A DNA stretch of 20,000 bases from Chiloscyllium plagiosum. Lineage: Eukaryota. The position numbers and the translations under genes are program-made. Positions 10,297 to 20,000 of this stretch are shown here, piece after piece (positions within the stretch are counted from its first letter, which is position 1; each line of letters starts with the position of its first letter). The DNA lies in the NCBI RefSeq assembly GCF_004010195.1, contig NC_057718.1:81964682-81984681 (forward strand), read 5' to 3'. The notes under the pieces were generated by a model. That model was not told the DNA's origin. It saw only the letters and a list, made by a program, of their open reading frames with translations, and ran no database searches.

Positions 10297-10465
10297 TGTT
10301 TCAGTGAAGTAAAACCTGAAAAATCTATAACATAAAATAAAATATCAATCTGATACAGAAATTTTACAGTAACTGCTCAATCTGCAAAATATCTATGAAA
10401 AAGTTTCTTGCTAAATCTTGTATTATGTATTATGTCAGAACTTGAACTTGTTCCATTATCCATAT

Positions 10466-12090
10466 TTACATAGAGTCATAGAGATGAAGTAGACCCTTCA
10501 GTCCCTCTCAACCATATCGACCAGAATCAAGTCCCATTTGCTAGCATTTAGCCTATATTCCTCTAAACCCTTCCTATTCATATACCCATCCAGGTGCCTT
10601 TTAAATTTTGTGATTGTATCACCCTCCACCACTTCCTCTGGCAGCTCATTCCATACACGCACCACCCTCTGCGTGAAAATGTTGCCCCTTAAGTTCCTTT
10701 TAAATCTTTCCCCTTGCACCCTAAATCTATGCCCTCGAGTTCTGGATTCCCCCACCCCAGGGAAAAGACCTTGTCTATTTACCCTATCCATGCCCCTCAG
10801 GATTTTATAAACCTCGATAAGGTCACCCCTTAGCCTTCGATGCTGCAGAGCAAACAGCCCCAGCCTCTTCAGCAACTCCCTACACTTCAAACTGGCAACA
10901 TCTTTGTAAATCTTTTCTGAATCCTTTCAAGTTTTACAACATACTTCCTATAGGAGGCAGACCACAATTGCACACAATATCCCAAAAATGGTCTAATCAA
11001 TGTCCTATACAGCCACAACACGACCTCCTAGATCCAATACTTAATGCCTGATCAATAAAGAAAAGCATACCAAACACCTTCTTCCCCATCCTATCTACCT
11101 GCGACTCCACTTTCAAGGAGCTATGAACCTGCATTCCAAGGTCCCTTTGTTCAGCAATACTCCCCAAGACCTTACCATTAACTGTATAAGTCCTGCTCTG
11201 ATTTGCCTTTCCAAAATGCAGCACTTCACATTTATCTAAATTAAACTCCATTTGCCACTCCTCGGCTCATTGGCAAATTTGATCAAGATCCCGTCGTACT
11301 CTGAGATAATCTTCTTTGCTGCCTACAACACCTCCAATTTTGGTGTCATCTGCAAACTTACTAACTATATCTCCTACGTTCATGGCCAAATCATTTATAT
11401 AAATGACAAAAAGCAGTGGACCCAGCACCGATCCTTGTGGCACACCATAGGTCACAGGCCTCCAGTCTGAAAGGTAACCCTCCACCACCACTCTCTGTCT
11501 AATATCTTTGAGCCAATTCTGTATCGAAATAGCATGTTCTCCCTGCATTCCATGTGATCTAACCTTGCTAACCAGTCTTCCATGAGGAACCTTGTTGAAT
11601 GCCTTATTGAAGTCCATATAGATCACATCTACTGCTCTACCCTCATTGATCCTCTTTGTTACTTCCTCAAAAAACTCAATCAAGTTAGTGAGACATGATT
11701 CCCCACGCACAAAGCCATGTTGACTATCCCTAATCAGTCCTTGCCTTTCCAAATACATGTAAATCCTGTCCCTCAGGATTCCCTCCAACAACTTACCTAT
11801 CACTGATGTTAGGCTCACCGGTCTATAATTCCCTGGCACCTTCCTTAAATAGTGGCCCCATGTTAGCCAATCTTCAGTCTTCCGGCACCTCACCTATGAC
11901 TATCGAGAGTAGAAATATCTCAGCAAGGTGCCCAGCAATCATTTCCCTAGCTTCCCACATAGTTCTGGGGTACATCTGATCAAGTCCTGGGTATTTATCC
12001 AACTTTATGCGTCAAGACACCCAGCACTTCCTCCTCTTTCATACAGACATTTTTCAAGATGTCACCATCTATTTCCTCACATTCTATCTG
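10466..12090 (-). mobile_element. CR1/HER1-type LINE, 5'-truncated, RT domain to 3' tail, frameshifted
   Basis: [11 protein letters not shown]...QHGFVRG.SCLTNL...[13 protein letters not shown]...[20 protein letters not shown]...KFADDTK, then RRLRGDLIEVYKI...RTRGH...FTQRVVRVWNELP. The 3' tail is catagagtcatagag on the plus strand. Confidence 0.95.
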
Positions 12091-12189
12091 TAATTGTGAC
12101 ATTAAGTAGAGACAAATTCCAAAAACCACATTCCTACTTATTCATTTGCTTCTGACAGGTAACGGTAAGGTTACGTTTAAGCAACTATG

Positions 12190-12495
12190 TTGGCTCATGC
12201 TTAGCACTGCTACCTCACAGCGCCAGCGACCCGGCTTCGAATCCAGCCTCGGGCGACTATCTGTGTGGCGTTTGTACATTGTCCCCGTGTCTGTGTAGGT
12301 TTGCTCTGGTTTCCTCCAACAAAGATGTGCAGGTTAGGTGAATTGGCCACTCTAAATTGCCCATAATGTTTAGGGATGTGCAGGTTAGGTGCATTAGCCA
12401 GTGGTAAATGTGGAGTAATAGGGGAGTGGGTTACTCTTCCGAGGGTCAGTGTGGAATTGTTGGGCCGAAGGGCCTGTTTTCACACTGTATTCTAA
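12190..12495 (+). mobile_element. HE1-type V-SINE
   Basis: tRNA-like head (ttagcactgct...cacagcgccag...ttcgaatcc), V-domain and the 3' gggccgaagggcctgttt tail shared with CR1/HER1. Confidence 0.88.
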
Positions 12496-13096
12496 AAACT
12501 ACAATCAATAAAAAGCGAACAGTTTTGAGCATATATCAAAATTTAGTACCTAACTACAGTTCTTCCAAGTTATATTTTTGTATCAAGTATTAGGCATATT
12601 GAACAGCCATATCCAAACCTTCAGAAGTTTACCATTTTGCTGGGCAACAGACAAGCTTTAAACAAGTATCTCACAACTTGCTGAAGATAGGGTGATCAGA
12701 AAGTTAAAGTAAACGAGTATTAAAAGAACAGATCTGCCAACTCTGGTTGCCTGTGTTCCTGTAGATTTTGGTATATGACCTCCTGCCTCCAACATATTGC
12801 ACCACTGGGTTCTGGGAACATGTGCTCTGACCATGGATTAACTCTGCATTTTATAATGTATTTCAGCACCAAAGAGTAACATTTGTTATTGCAAGACTCA
12901 TTTCCCAGTGGTTCCTCATCAAAATCAGTTTCACATTTATACTGTCTCGTAATATTCACACACATTGAGGACATAAAATGTCCCGAACTGCTCGATTCAG
13001 TCCGATCTTAATGTGGAGGTGCCGATATTGGACTGGGTTGGACAAGGTCAAAAATCACACAATATCAGGTTACAGTCCAATGGGTTTATTTGAAAA

Positions 13097-13131
13097 CACT
13101 AGCTTTCAGAGCGCTGCTCCGTCATCAGGTG
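13097..13131 (-). ncRNA. Minimal hammerhead ribozyme motif, family B
   Basis: Minus strand reads cac-CTGATGA-C-GGAGC-agc-GCTCT-GAAA-G-CTA-gtg. Stem I is cac/gtg, stem II has 5 bp, stem III is the palindrome AGCU and the triplet is CUA. The partner copy on the plus strand at 13459-13490 lacks 3 nt of the core. Confidence 0.68.
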
Positions 13132-13149
13132 TTAGTGAGACAAGAAGAC

Positions 13150-13235
13150 AAAGTTTGTGAGAAGATTTGTAGCTTGGGTGCTCGTTGTTGTGGTTCTGTG
13201 GCAACACAAATTCCCAGCTCGGCGAACAAACCACA
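13150..13235. mobile_element. Tiny nested insertion, probably the terminus of a third PLE family with an internal inversion
   Basis: It interrupts the left arm of 13008-13535. The TSD is agacaagaagac (13138-13149) / agacaggaagac (13236-13247). It has a short inverted match ttgtggtt/aaccacaa and an unpaired left extension. Confidence 0.6.
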
Positions 13236-13544
13236 AGACAGGAAGACCTGAGACAGAGAATTTATAAGGAAAAGATCAAAGGGTCATGCAACTCATACGA
13301 ACAAATTGAACACACTTAAGATGGCTCTTAAATCTTCAATCTAACTGTTTAAAGATTTAGGTGTCATCTTATGTGTGTCCAATTAGTTTGCATGAGTTGT
13401 ATGACCCTTTCACCTTTTCCTTGTAAATTCTGTGTCTAAGGTCTTCCTCTCTCACTCTCACCTGAAGGAGCAACTCTCCGAAAGCTAGTGTTTTTAACTC
13501 AACCCGTTGAACCTGGTGTCATGTGATTTTTGACCCAGTTCGAT

Positions 13545-14225
13545 CATGGGGGAGCTGTAATTCAATGCCATTTTCCTACCTTCATCCCATACCCATTGAT
13601 ACCATAACCTAACAAAAACCTACATTCTGCAACCTGGAGAGCTCCAAATGTCTACACATCCACAACCTTTTGACTGAGATTTCCATATTTCCATTTCCTT
13701 TTGCATGAAAATAAGCTGCCTTACTTCTTAATGACCACATTTAAACTAGTCCAAGAGTGATTTCCCCAGTGGACATTGTCTCTGTTCACCCTACACTACC
13801 AAATTCTTTAACATCTTAAACACCTTGGCTAAATAAACCCACATTCTCCTAAATCAAGGAAATCCAACCCACATTTATGAAACATCTGTTAATTCTTTAA
13901 AACTCTGCATCATTGCTAAGTCTATGTTGCATCACCTCCAAGACTGATCTGGCTTTATTGAGAGTTGATGTCCAAAACTGAATATAGTCAATTTACCAAA
14001 CAAGAAAAACAGGGAACACAGGAATAGGAGTAGACCATTCAACCCCTCAAGCCTGTTCCACCATTCAACGATAACATGGCTGATCTCTGGCTGAACTCCA
14101 TTTATCGACCCATATCCTTAATACCTTTGCTAATACAAAATGATTTATCTCTTATTTAAAATTAACAACTGATCTAGCATCAACTGCCATTTGTGGATCG
14201 AAAATTCTTCCACCCTTTCAGTGTA
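13545..14225 (-). mobile_element. Two old CR1-type 3'-end fragments (about 13545-13990 and 14010-14225)
   Basis: ggaataggagtagaccattcaacccctcaagcctgttccaccattcaa...atggctgatc resembles the CR1 3' UTR at 19495-19565. The upstream piece is more diverged. Confidence 0.6.
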
Positions 14226-14396
14226 GACTATACACAGGAAGGAAGAAAACCAAATCTTCTATAACTTTTGACAAAGATGACCTGACTTACAATCTAGATA
14301 ACTGAAACATGCATCTATCTAACCAAAGAAAGTACTTTTGTTCACTTAGTACAGTTTTCACTAATCAGTTGTACCAGTGAAAGTCTTTACATATGT

Positions 14397-14700
14397 TAGA
14401 TTAGATTCTCTATAGTATGGAAACAGGGCCTTTGGCACAACAAGTCCATAGTGACCCTCCAAATAGTAACTCACCCAGACCCATTCCCCCACCCTATATT
14501 TACTAATACACCTAACACTATGGGCAATTTAGCATAGTCGATTCACCTGACCTGCACATCTTTGGATTGTGGGAGGAAACTGGAGCACCTGGAGGAAACC
14601 CACACAGACACGGGGAAAATGTGCAAACTCCACATAGACAGAACCCGAGTCCCTGGCGCTGTGAGACTGCAGTGCTATCCACTGAGTCACCATGCCACCC
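14397..14700 (-). mobile_element. HE1-type V-SINE with an internal deletion
   Basis: Homologous to 15181-15497, with a ttagattagatt tail. Confidence 0.88.
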
Positions 14701-14889
14701 AAATTATAACATGGTTTGTATGTGTGTTACCTATCTTTTCACATAAGGTTAATAATTTTATACTTAAGACAGTACTGCTTGCAATTATAAAGTATTTCCA
14801 TAAAGGAATCTGCTTATGGAGGGCATCATTTTAACATTTAAAAAGATAAGTCTAGACCACACTTCTTTGCGTACCCTTCTGCAGCAGGA

Positions 14890-15050
14890 AGAACAAAGCT
14901 CTTGTATTGAATTAGTGCCTTAGATGACAATTGTCCTAAGATACCTGACAGCTAGTTAAGTATTTCTGAAATGTACTTGCTGCTGTAATTTAGAAAATGC
15001 AGAACTTTATTTATGCAGGGCAATTTCCCACAAACAGCAATGTGACATTA
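14890..15050 (-). mobile_element. Ancient DeuSINE/SacSINE1-like 3' fragment
   Basis: aagtatttctgaaatgtacttgctgctgtaatttagaaaa...tcccacaaacagcaatgtga resembles the reverse complement of the Deu-domain/L2-tail region. Recalled consensus only. Confidence 0.45.
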
Positions 15051-15180
15051 TTCATTGAATCATTAAATGATATAGCACACAGAAATATTTTGGCCCACTA
15101 TACCTTGTATGGCCACGGAATGTACTGTGCAATTAGTTATATTTCCTGCCACTTCACAATAGTCTTACAAATGCTTTTTT

Positions 15181-15497
15181 AGATTAGATTACATTACAGT
15201 GTGGAAACAGGCCCTTCGGCCCAACAAGTCCACATCGACCCGCCGAAGCGCAACCCACCCATACCCCTACATTTACATTTAACCCTTACCTAACACTACA
15301 GGCAATTTAGTATGGCCAATTCACCTAACCTGCACATCTTTGGACTGTGGGAGGAAACCGGAGCACCCGGAGGAAACCCACGCAGACACGGGGAGAACGT
15401 GCAAATTTCACACAGTCAGTCGCCTGAGGCGAGAATTGAACCCGGGTCTCTGGCGCTGTGAGGCAGCAGTGCTAACCACTGTGCCACCGTGCCGCCC
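15181..15497 (-). mobile_element. Full-length, young HE1-type V-SINE
   Basis: A box TGGCACAGTGG and B box GGTTCAATTC, V-domain, retained CpGs and a (taatc)n tail. Confidence 0.93.
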
Positions 15498-16289
15498 ACA
15501 AATTCCTTCATTAAACTTGGAACCCGTCAGACATTGCATTTCACAACATAATGGGAAAAGTTTCCCTGATTGGCCTTCCATGGTTAGGTTTAAAACACCA
15601 GGCCATCTTTGCTACTTTTAAGGAACACAAGGTGAATAAGCTGATATGATATCCCGACTGCTTCATGTCCTGACCCATTTGCAGCATGGCAATGTGCTTA
15701 TCCAAAGTTGAATAAATATTTTTGTATATTATGGAATGCCATACACAAAGTCTCTAATATCAGGATAACCTAAAGTCAGTGCTTCCTAAGCTTTCTCTCT
15801 CTGAGATCCCACTTCAAATTTTGAAAATAAATGATGACCCCTCAACGAGAACCATTACAGCAGAATTACTATAAAACTTGGCCAGCACTCCACAGCGGCC
15901 ACTGTTGCCTCAGAACTTTCAGGAGCACATTTGGAACCCTAAGCCTCACTTTGAGAAGCACTGATTTAAGCTCAGTAGGCATTTTATCAATCATATAGAA
16001 TATGAAGTTGGACATTACATGCCAGGCATGTTTTTAGCAGGAGGACATGTAAAATAGGTCAGGTACTCAATCCACAATCTTTCTACACATCCCAAGCTGC
16101 CTGTAATAATATGTTAAGCAGGTCAAGATCACTCACTCAATGTAAATAAAAATTAAAGGTCAATTAGCCTATTGACCAGGATTATACACTTCCAATTCCA
16201 TAATACAAATGGTTTAAATGAAAAAGTGGAGGAAGGAAATGGGCAAGACATTCAGGGGGTGCCCAACATACATCAGGGGAAAATTCCAA

Positions 16290-17235
16290 GATATGCTAGT
16301 TTCTGCGTCTGTAGGTTGCTAATGTGCAAAGATTGCCATCAGTAGAATGATTTGCTCTTTGTGTCGGAATTGGGAGATTAGGAAGAGTTTTCATGTTACT
16401 GATGATTAAGTCTGCAGGAAGTGTGTTTGGTTGTGAATCCTATTGGATTGCATGAAGCATATGGAGCAGCGGTTAGAGGCAATGAGGAATTTATGGGAAC
16501 TCGGGGGTGTGATAGATGGTAATTGCAGAAAGGTAGAAAAATCACAGATACAGTCAGGTAGATGGATAACCTCCAGGAAAGGTAGGAGAGGAAAGAAGGT
16601 AATATAGGAATCTCCTGTGGCTATCCCCATCTCAAACAAGTATGCTGTTTTGGAAAATGTAGGGTGCGATGGACTCTTAGGGGAATGTAGCAATGACAGC
16701 CAGGTTTCTGGAACAGAGATGGCCTCAAAAGTAACATGGGGTACATCAGGTTCCAAGCGATCAATTATCATAGGGAAGTCTCTCGTCAGAGGCACAGATA
16801 GAAGTCACTGTTACGGACAACAAGACTTCAGAACAGTGTGTTGCCTACCTCGTGCCAGAATTAAGGATAACTCAGAGGGTGCAGAGTATTCTTAAAGAAG
16901 AGAGGGAGCAGCAAGAGATCATTGTACACATTGGAGCTAATAACATAGGAAAAGGAAAGATCGAGGTTCTGAGCAGAAAATAAAGGACATTAGGCAGGAT
17001 TTTAAAAGTAGGTTCTCAAGAGTAGTAATATTTGGATTATTCCCAGTGTCATGAGCTAGTGACAGTAGGAATAGAAGGATACAGCAGATGAATGCATGGC
17101 TGATGAGTTGGTGCAGGAGAGGAGGATTCACATTTTTGGATCATTGGAATCTTTTCTGGGATAGAAGTGGCCTGAATAAGAAGGACAGATTGCACTTGAA
17201 TTGGAAGGAGACTAATATACTAGTGAAAAGATTTG
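16290..17235 (+). mobile_element. CR1 LINE ORF1 remnant (Cys-rich N-terminus plus SGNH esterase-like domain)
   Basis: IPISNKYAVL; IIGKSLVRG (from GDS.VRG); VCCLPRARIKD; VHIGANN; NAWLMSWCRRGGFTFLDHW; KDRLHLNWKETN (from DGLHLN). Frameshifted. Confidence 0.85.
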
Positions 17236-18504
17236 AGCACTTTTGTCTTGATCTTTGCAACGTTTTGTGTTTACAAGCTTTAATGTTTTTACAGTACTTA
17301 ATTAAGGATCTTTGTACAATGAAAGGGTTAGGGATTTTGGGCTGGCTGTTTGAGACCCAGATGCTTGACTGAAAAAGGAATTTGACTTGGGTTGTGTGAT
17401 CCCACTCGCTGAGGTTCATAGGATTAAGAGGAGACACTGTGGCCAAGTGGTCAATGGCCTAAATATCTAGGCCCAACTTGAAATTGTCTCAACAGTTTCT
17501 GCAATCAAGGCCTGATGGAATGAAGAGAGGCTAATGTTATCACCGGTGAAAAGCTAAAAATAACCAGTTCAGATCTGTCTTACATATTGAATTAAGGATT
17601 GCTCTCGTTTAATGTTATTTGGATGCTGGAATGATCAAGGTTGGAACAATGCTTGCCTCCTGTACAGCAGAATACATTCAAAATCATGTTCCACACATGT
17701 ATAAGAAGATATTTTCTATACAAGTAAAATATTTTACTATACATTTTTAAAAAGTACACATTTTAGACTGTGATTCAGCTGAACAGCTAAGCAATAAAAA
17801 CTCAGTCTTAAAAATATCAGTAATCACAGAAGTAATTAGCTTCCCTATACTACCCCTCTTGCTCACCCTCTTTCCCCATCACCTATTTTCTGGGATGGGA
17901 AATCCAGGCAAAGTAACAGAAGCTGATATTTAGATGTAACCAGGATTTTTTTACATTACTTTATTTTCATAATAGTGTAGCAAATATATATATATATGAT
18001 CCTTAATTGTAAAAGAAGCACAAACTGCTTGAATAGAACTGTATGTTTTTGTTTAAATTGGGATGCCTCAAAATTCAGGGGAGAAAAATCAACATGATAC
18101 AAATGGTCATGTTAAATTTGTAATAAATTTATTAGGACATAAGTATCATGCAATGAATGCAGAATAAGTCTTTTTTGCTGATTAAGTTAGAGTTTAATTG
18201 CTTGCCAAGGAAACTGAACTTTGAGATCAGTTAAAGTTTACTCATTTTTGAGGCTAGTCAGAAAATGGAATGGTGAATTGCTTGCTCTATCAATTGATTG
18301 CTTCCAAAAGCATATTAAATAGTCTTGGAGACTAATTTCAGTTTCTCTGATGAGTATTCAAATATTGGCTCTTTTCAGTAGTCAGATATTGCATACAGTA
18401 AAATTGTTGTAGAAGTCAAAATCTTTTGCTTTTTGTATGGGTTTGATGTGGACTAAACAGCTTTTAGTGAAATTAAGCAGTCACATATTTCCAAATGACA
18501 ACAG

Positions 18505-18695
18505 ACCAGTCTCTCAGTGTGTGACAAAGGAGGTGAATTTAACCTGAGGGTCATCATGCCTCAGGTGAGGGGTGAAGTTGAGAAGCTGTGCTCTTCATGA
18601 TGACCTCAGCCGGTAAGGGAATTGAACCCCCATGATTTTGGCATCACTCTGCATTGCAAACTACATCTAGTCAGCCAACTGAGCAAACTGATCCC
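18505..18695 (-). mobile_element. tRNA-derived SINE of a non-HE1 family
   Basis: Minus strand ttgctcagttgg (A-box-like) ... gggttcaattccc (B box), followed by a body with the hairpin cctgagg...cctcagg. Confidence 0.65.
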
Positions 18696-18744
18696 AACCC
18701 CAGACAATTCTATTTCTGTGAAGCATCACACAAGAATGGCCATA

Positions 18745-19365
18745 GTTTGGATAGTGAAGGCGGCGTTTGATATGCTTTCCTTTCTTGGTCAGACCATTGA
18801 CTATAGGTGTTGGGAGGTCATGTTGCAGCTGTATAGGACATTGGTTAGGCCACTTTTGGAAGGATGTTGTGAAACTTGAAAGGGTTCAGAAAAGATTCAT
18901 AAGGATGTTGCCAGGGTTGGAGGATTTGAGCTATAGGGAGATGTTGAATAGGCTGGGGCTGTTTTCCCTGGAGCGTTGAAGGCTGACCAGTGACCTTATA
19001 AAGGTTAACATAATCATGAGGGGCATGGATAGGATAAATAGACAAAGTCTTTTCCCTGGGGTGGGGAAGTCCAGAACCAGCGGGCATAGGTTTAGGTGTG
19101 AGGGAAAAGATATAAAAGGGACCTAAGGTGCAACTTTTTCACGCAGAGGATGGTGTGTGTATGGAATGAACTGCCAGAGGAAGTGATGTAGGCTGGTACA
19201 ATTGCAACATTTAAAAGGCACCTGGATGGGTAAATGAATAGGAAGAGTTTAGAGCGATATGGACCAAGTGCTGGCAAATGGGACTAGATTAAGTTGGTAT
19301 ATCTGGTCAGCATGGACCAGTTGGACCGAAGGGTCTGTTTCCGTGCTGTACATCTCTATCACTCC
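18745..19365 (+). mobile_element. CR1/HER1-type LINE 3' end
   Basis: [13 protein letters not shown] and LERVQKRFIRMLPGLEDLSYRE.LNRLGLFSLE, with 3' UTR ggaccgaagggtctgtttccgtgctgtacatctctat. It is the same family as 10466-12090 but in inverted orientation. Confidence 0.92.
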
Positions 19366-19480
19366 AATACAGAGGTGCTTGAAACTCTTTAAGAAGTACA
19401 CTGCCAGAACAATAACGAGAGATATGATGTTTGTGTATTCCCCAGTGTTGGCCAGGCTTCTTGGCACCATGCAGCCATCA

Positions 19481-20000
19481 TATAGACAATAGACAATAGG
19501 TGCAGGAGTAGGCCATTCATTCCTTCGAGCCTGCACTGCCATTCAATATAATCATGGCTGATCATTCCTAATCAGTATCCTGTTCCTGCCTTATCTCCAT
19601 AACCCTTGATTCCACTATCTTTGAGAGCTCTATCCAACTCCTACTTAAATGAATCCAGAGAGTGGGCCTCCACTGCCCTCTGGGGCAGAGCATTCCACAC
19701 AGCCACCACTCTCTGGGTGAAGAAGTTTCTCCTGAGCTCTATCCTAAATGGTCTACCCCGTATTTTTAAGCTGTGTCCTCTGGTTCGGCACTCACCCATC
19801 AGTGGAAATATGTTTCCTACTGCCAGAGTGTCCAATCCTTTCATAATCTTATACGTCTCAATCAGATCCTCTCTCAATCTTCGAAACTCAAGGGTATACA
19901 AGCCCAGTCCCTTCAGTCTTTCAGTGTAAGGTAATCCTGCCATTCCAGGAATTGACCTCGTGAACCTACGCTGCACTCCCTCAATAGCCAGAACGTCTTT
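19481..20000 (-). mobile_element. CR1-clade LINE 3' end, relatively young
   Basis: QRRFTRSIPGMAGLPYTERLKGLGLYTLEFRRLREDLIETYKI...FFTQRVVAVWNALP, with a (tagacaa)n tail at 19482-19497. It runs off the window end. Confidence 0.93.

Larger units (their letters stand above)
13008..13535. mobile_element. Foldback Penelope-like insertion, family B (long inverted arms, 38-nt tail)
   Basis: 13046-13140 pairs with about 13447-13535, and 13241-13336 pairs with about 13352-13447. The tail is 13008-13045. The TSD is cagtccgatc (12998-13007) / cagttcgatc (13536-13545). Confidence 0.85.

Noticed and set aside
11267..11893. 208-aa RT ORF as an active or domesticated reverse transcriptase
   Set aside because: It is part of a 5'-truncated CR1 copy with frameshifts on both sides, an ordinary dead LINE.
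12720..12974. 84-aa ORF (also 8679-8888 and 1678-1893) as further C6orf118 exons
   Set aside because: No recognisable similarity to the expected protein segments and no convincing splice-site pair.
15420..15497. tRNA genes at SINE heads (also 12190, 7700, 18620-18690)
   Set aside because: The A/B boxes run into SINE bodies and tails, and no complete cloverleaf is evident.
1..20000. Excess of minus-strand (gene-sense) CR1 and SINE copies
   Set aside because: Too few elements, and the gene boundaries are unknown, so a bias cannot be claimed.

Overview
Repeat-rich eukaryotic DNA, almost certainly from a cartilaginous fish (HE1-type V-SINEs, HER1/CR1 LINEs; a bamboo or carpet shark is my guess). 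The only host gene I can support is a C6orf118 orthologue on the minus strand. It has two coding exons here: 10296/10315-9583, and a 123-nt exon at 6468-6346 that is absent from the ORF track. The rest is nested retroelement debris: many CR1 fragments, an L2 tail, tRNA-derived SINEs, and a decayed Copia-type LTR retrotransposon (tRNA-iMet PBS, gag, protease, integrase). The most striking signal is a set of Penelope-like element (PLE) termini from at least two families, probably three. Most carry a minimal hammerhead ribozyme motif (CUGANGA, stem II, GAAA, loopless palindromic stem III) and are flanked by 10-15 bp target-site duplications. Four are foldback insertions with a one-sided ~32-38 nt tail. 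In two young copies the fold-back point lies on the ribozyme core. Most listed ORFs are repeat-derived or spurious. All family assignments are from motif recognition, not database searches.
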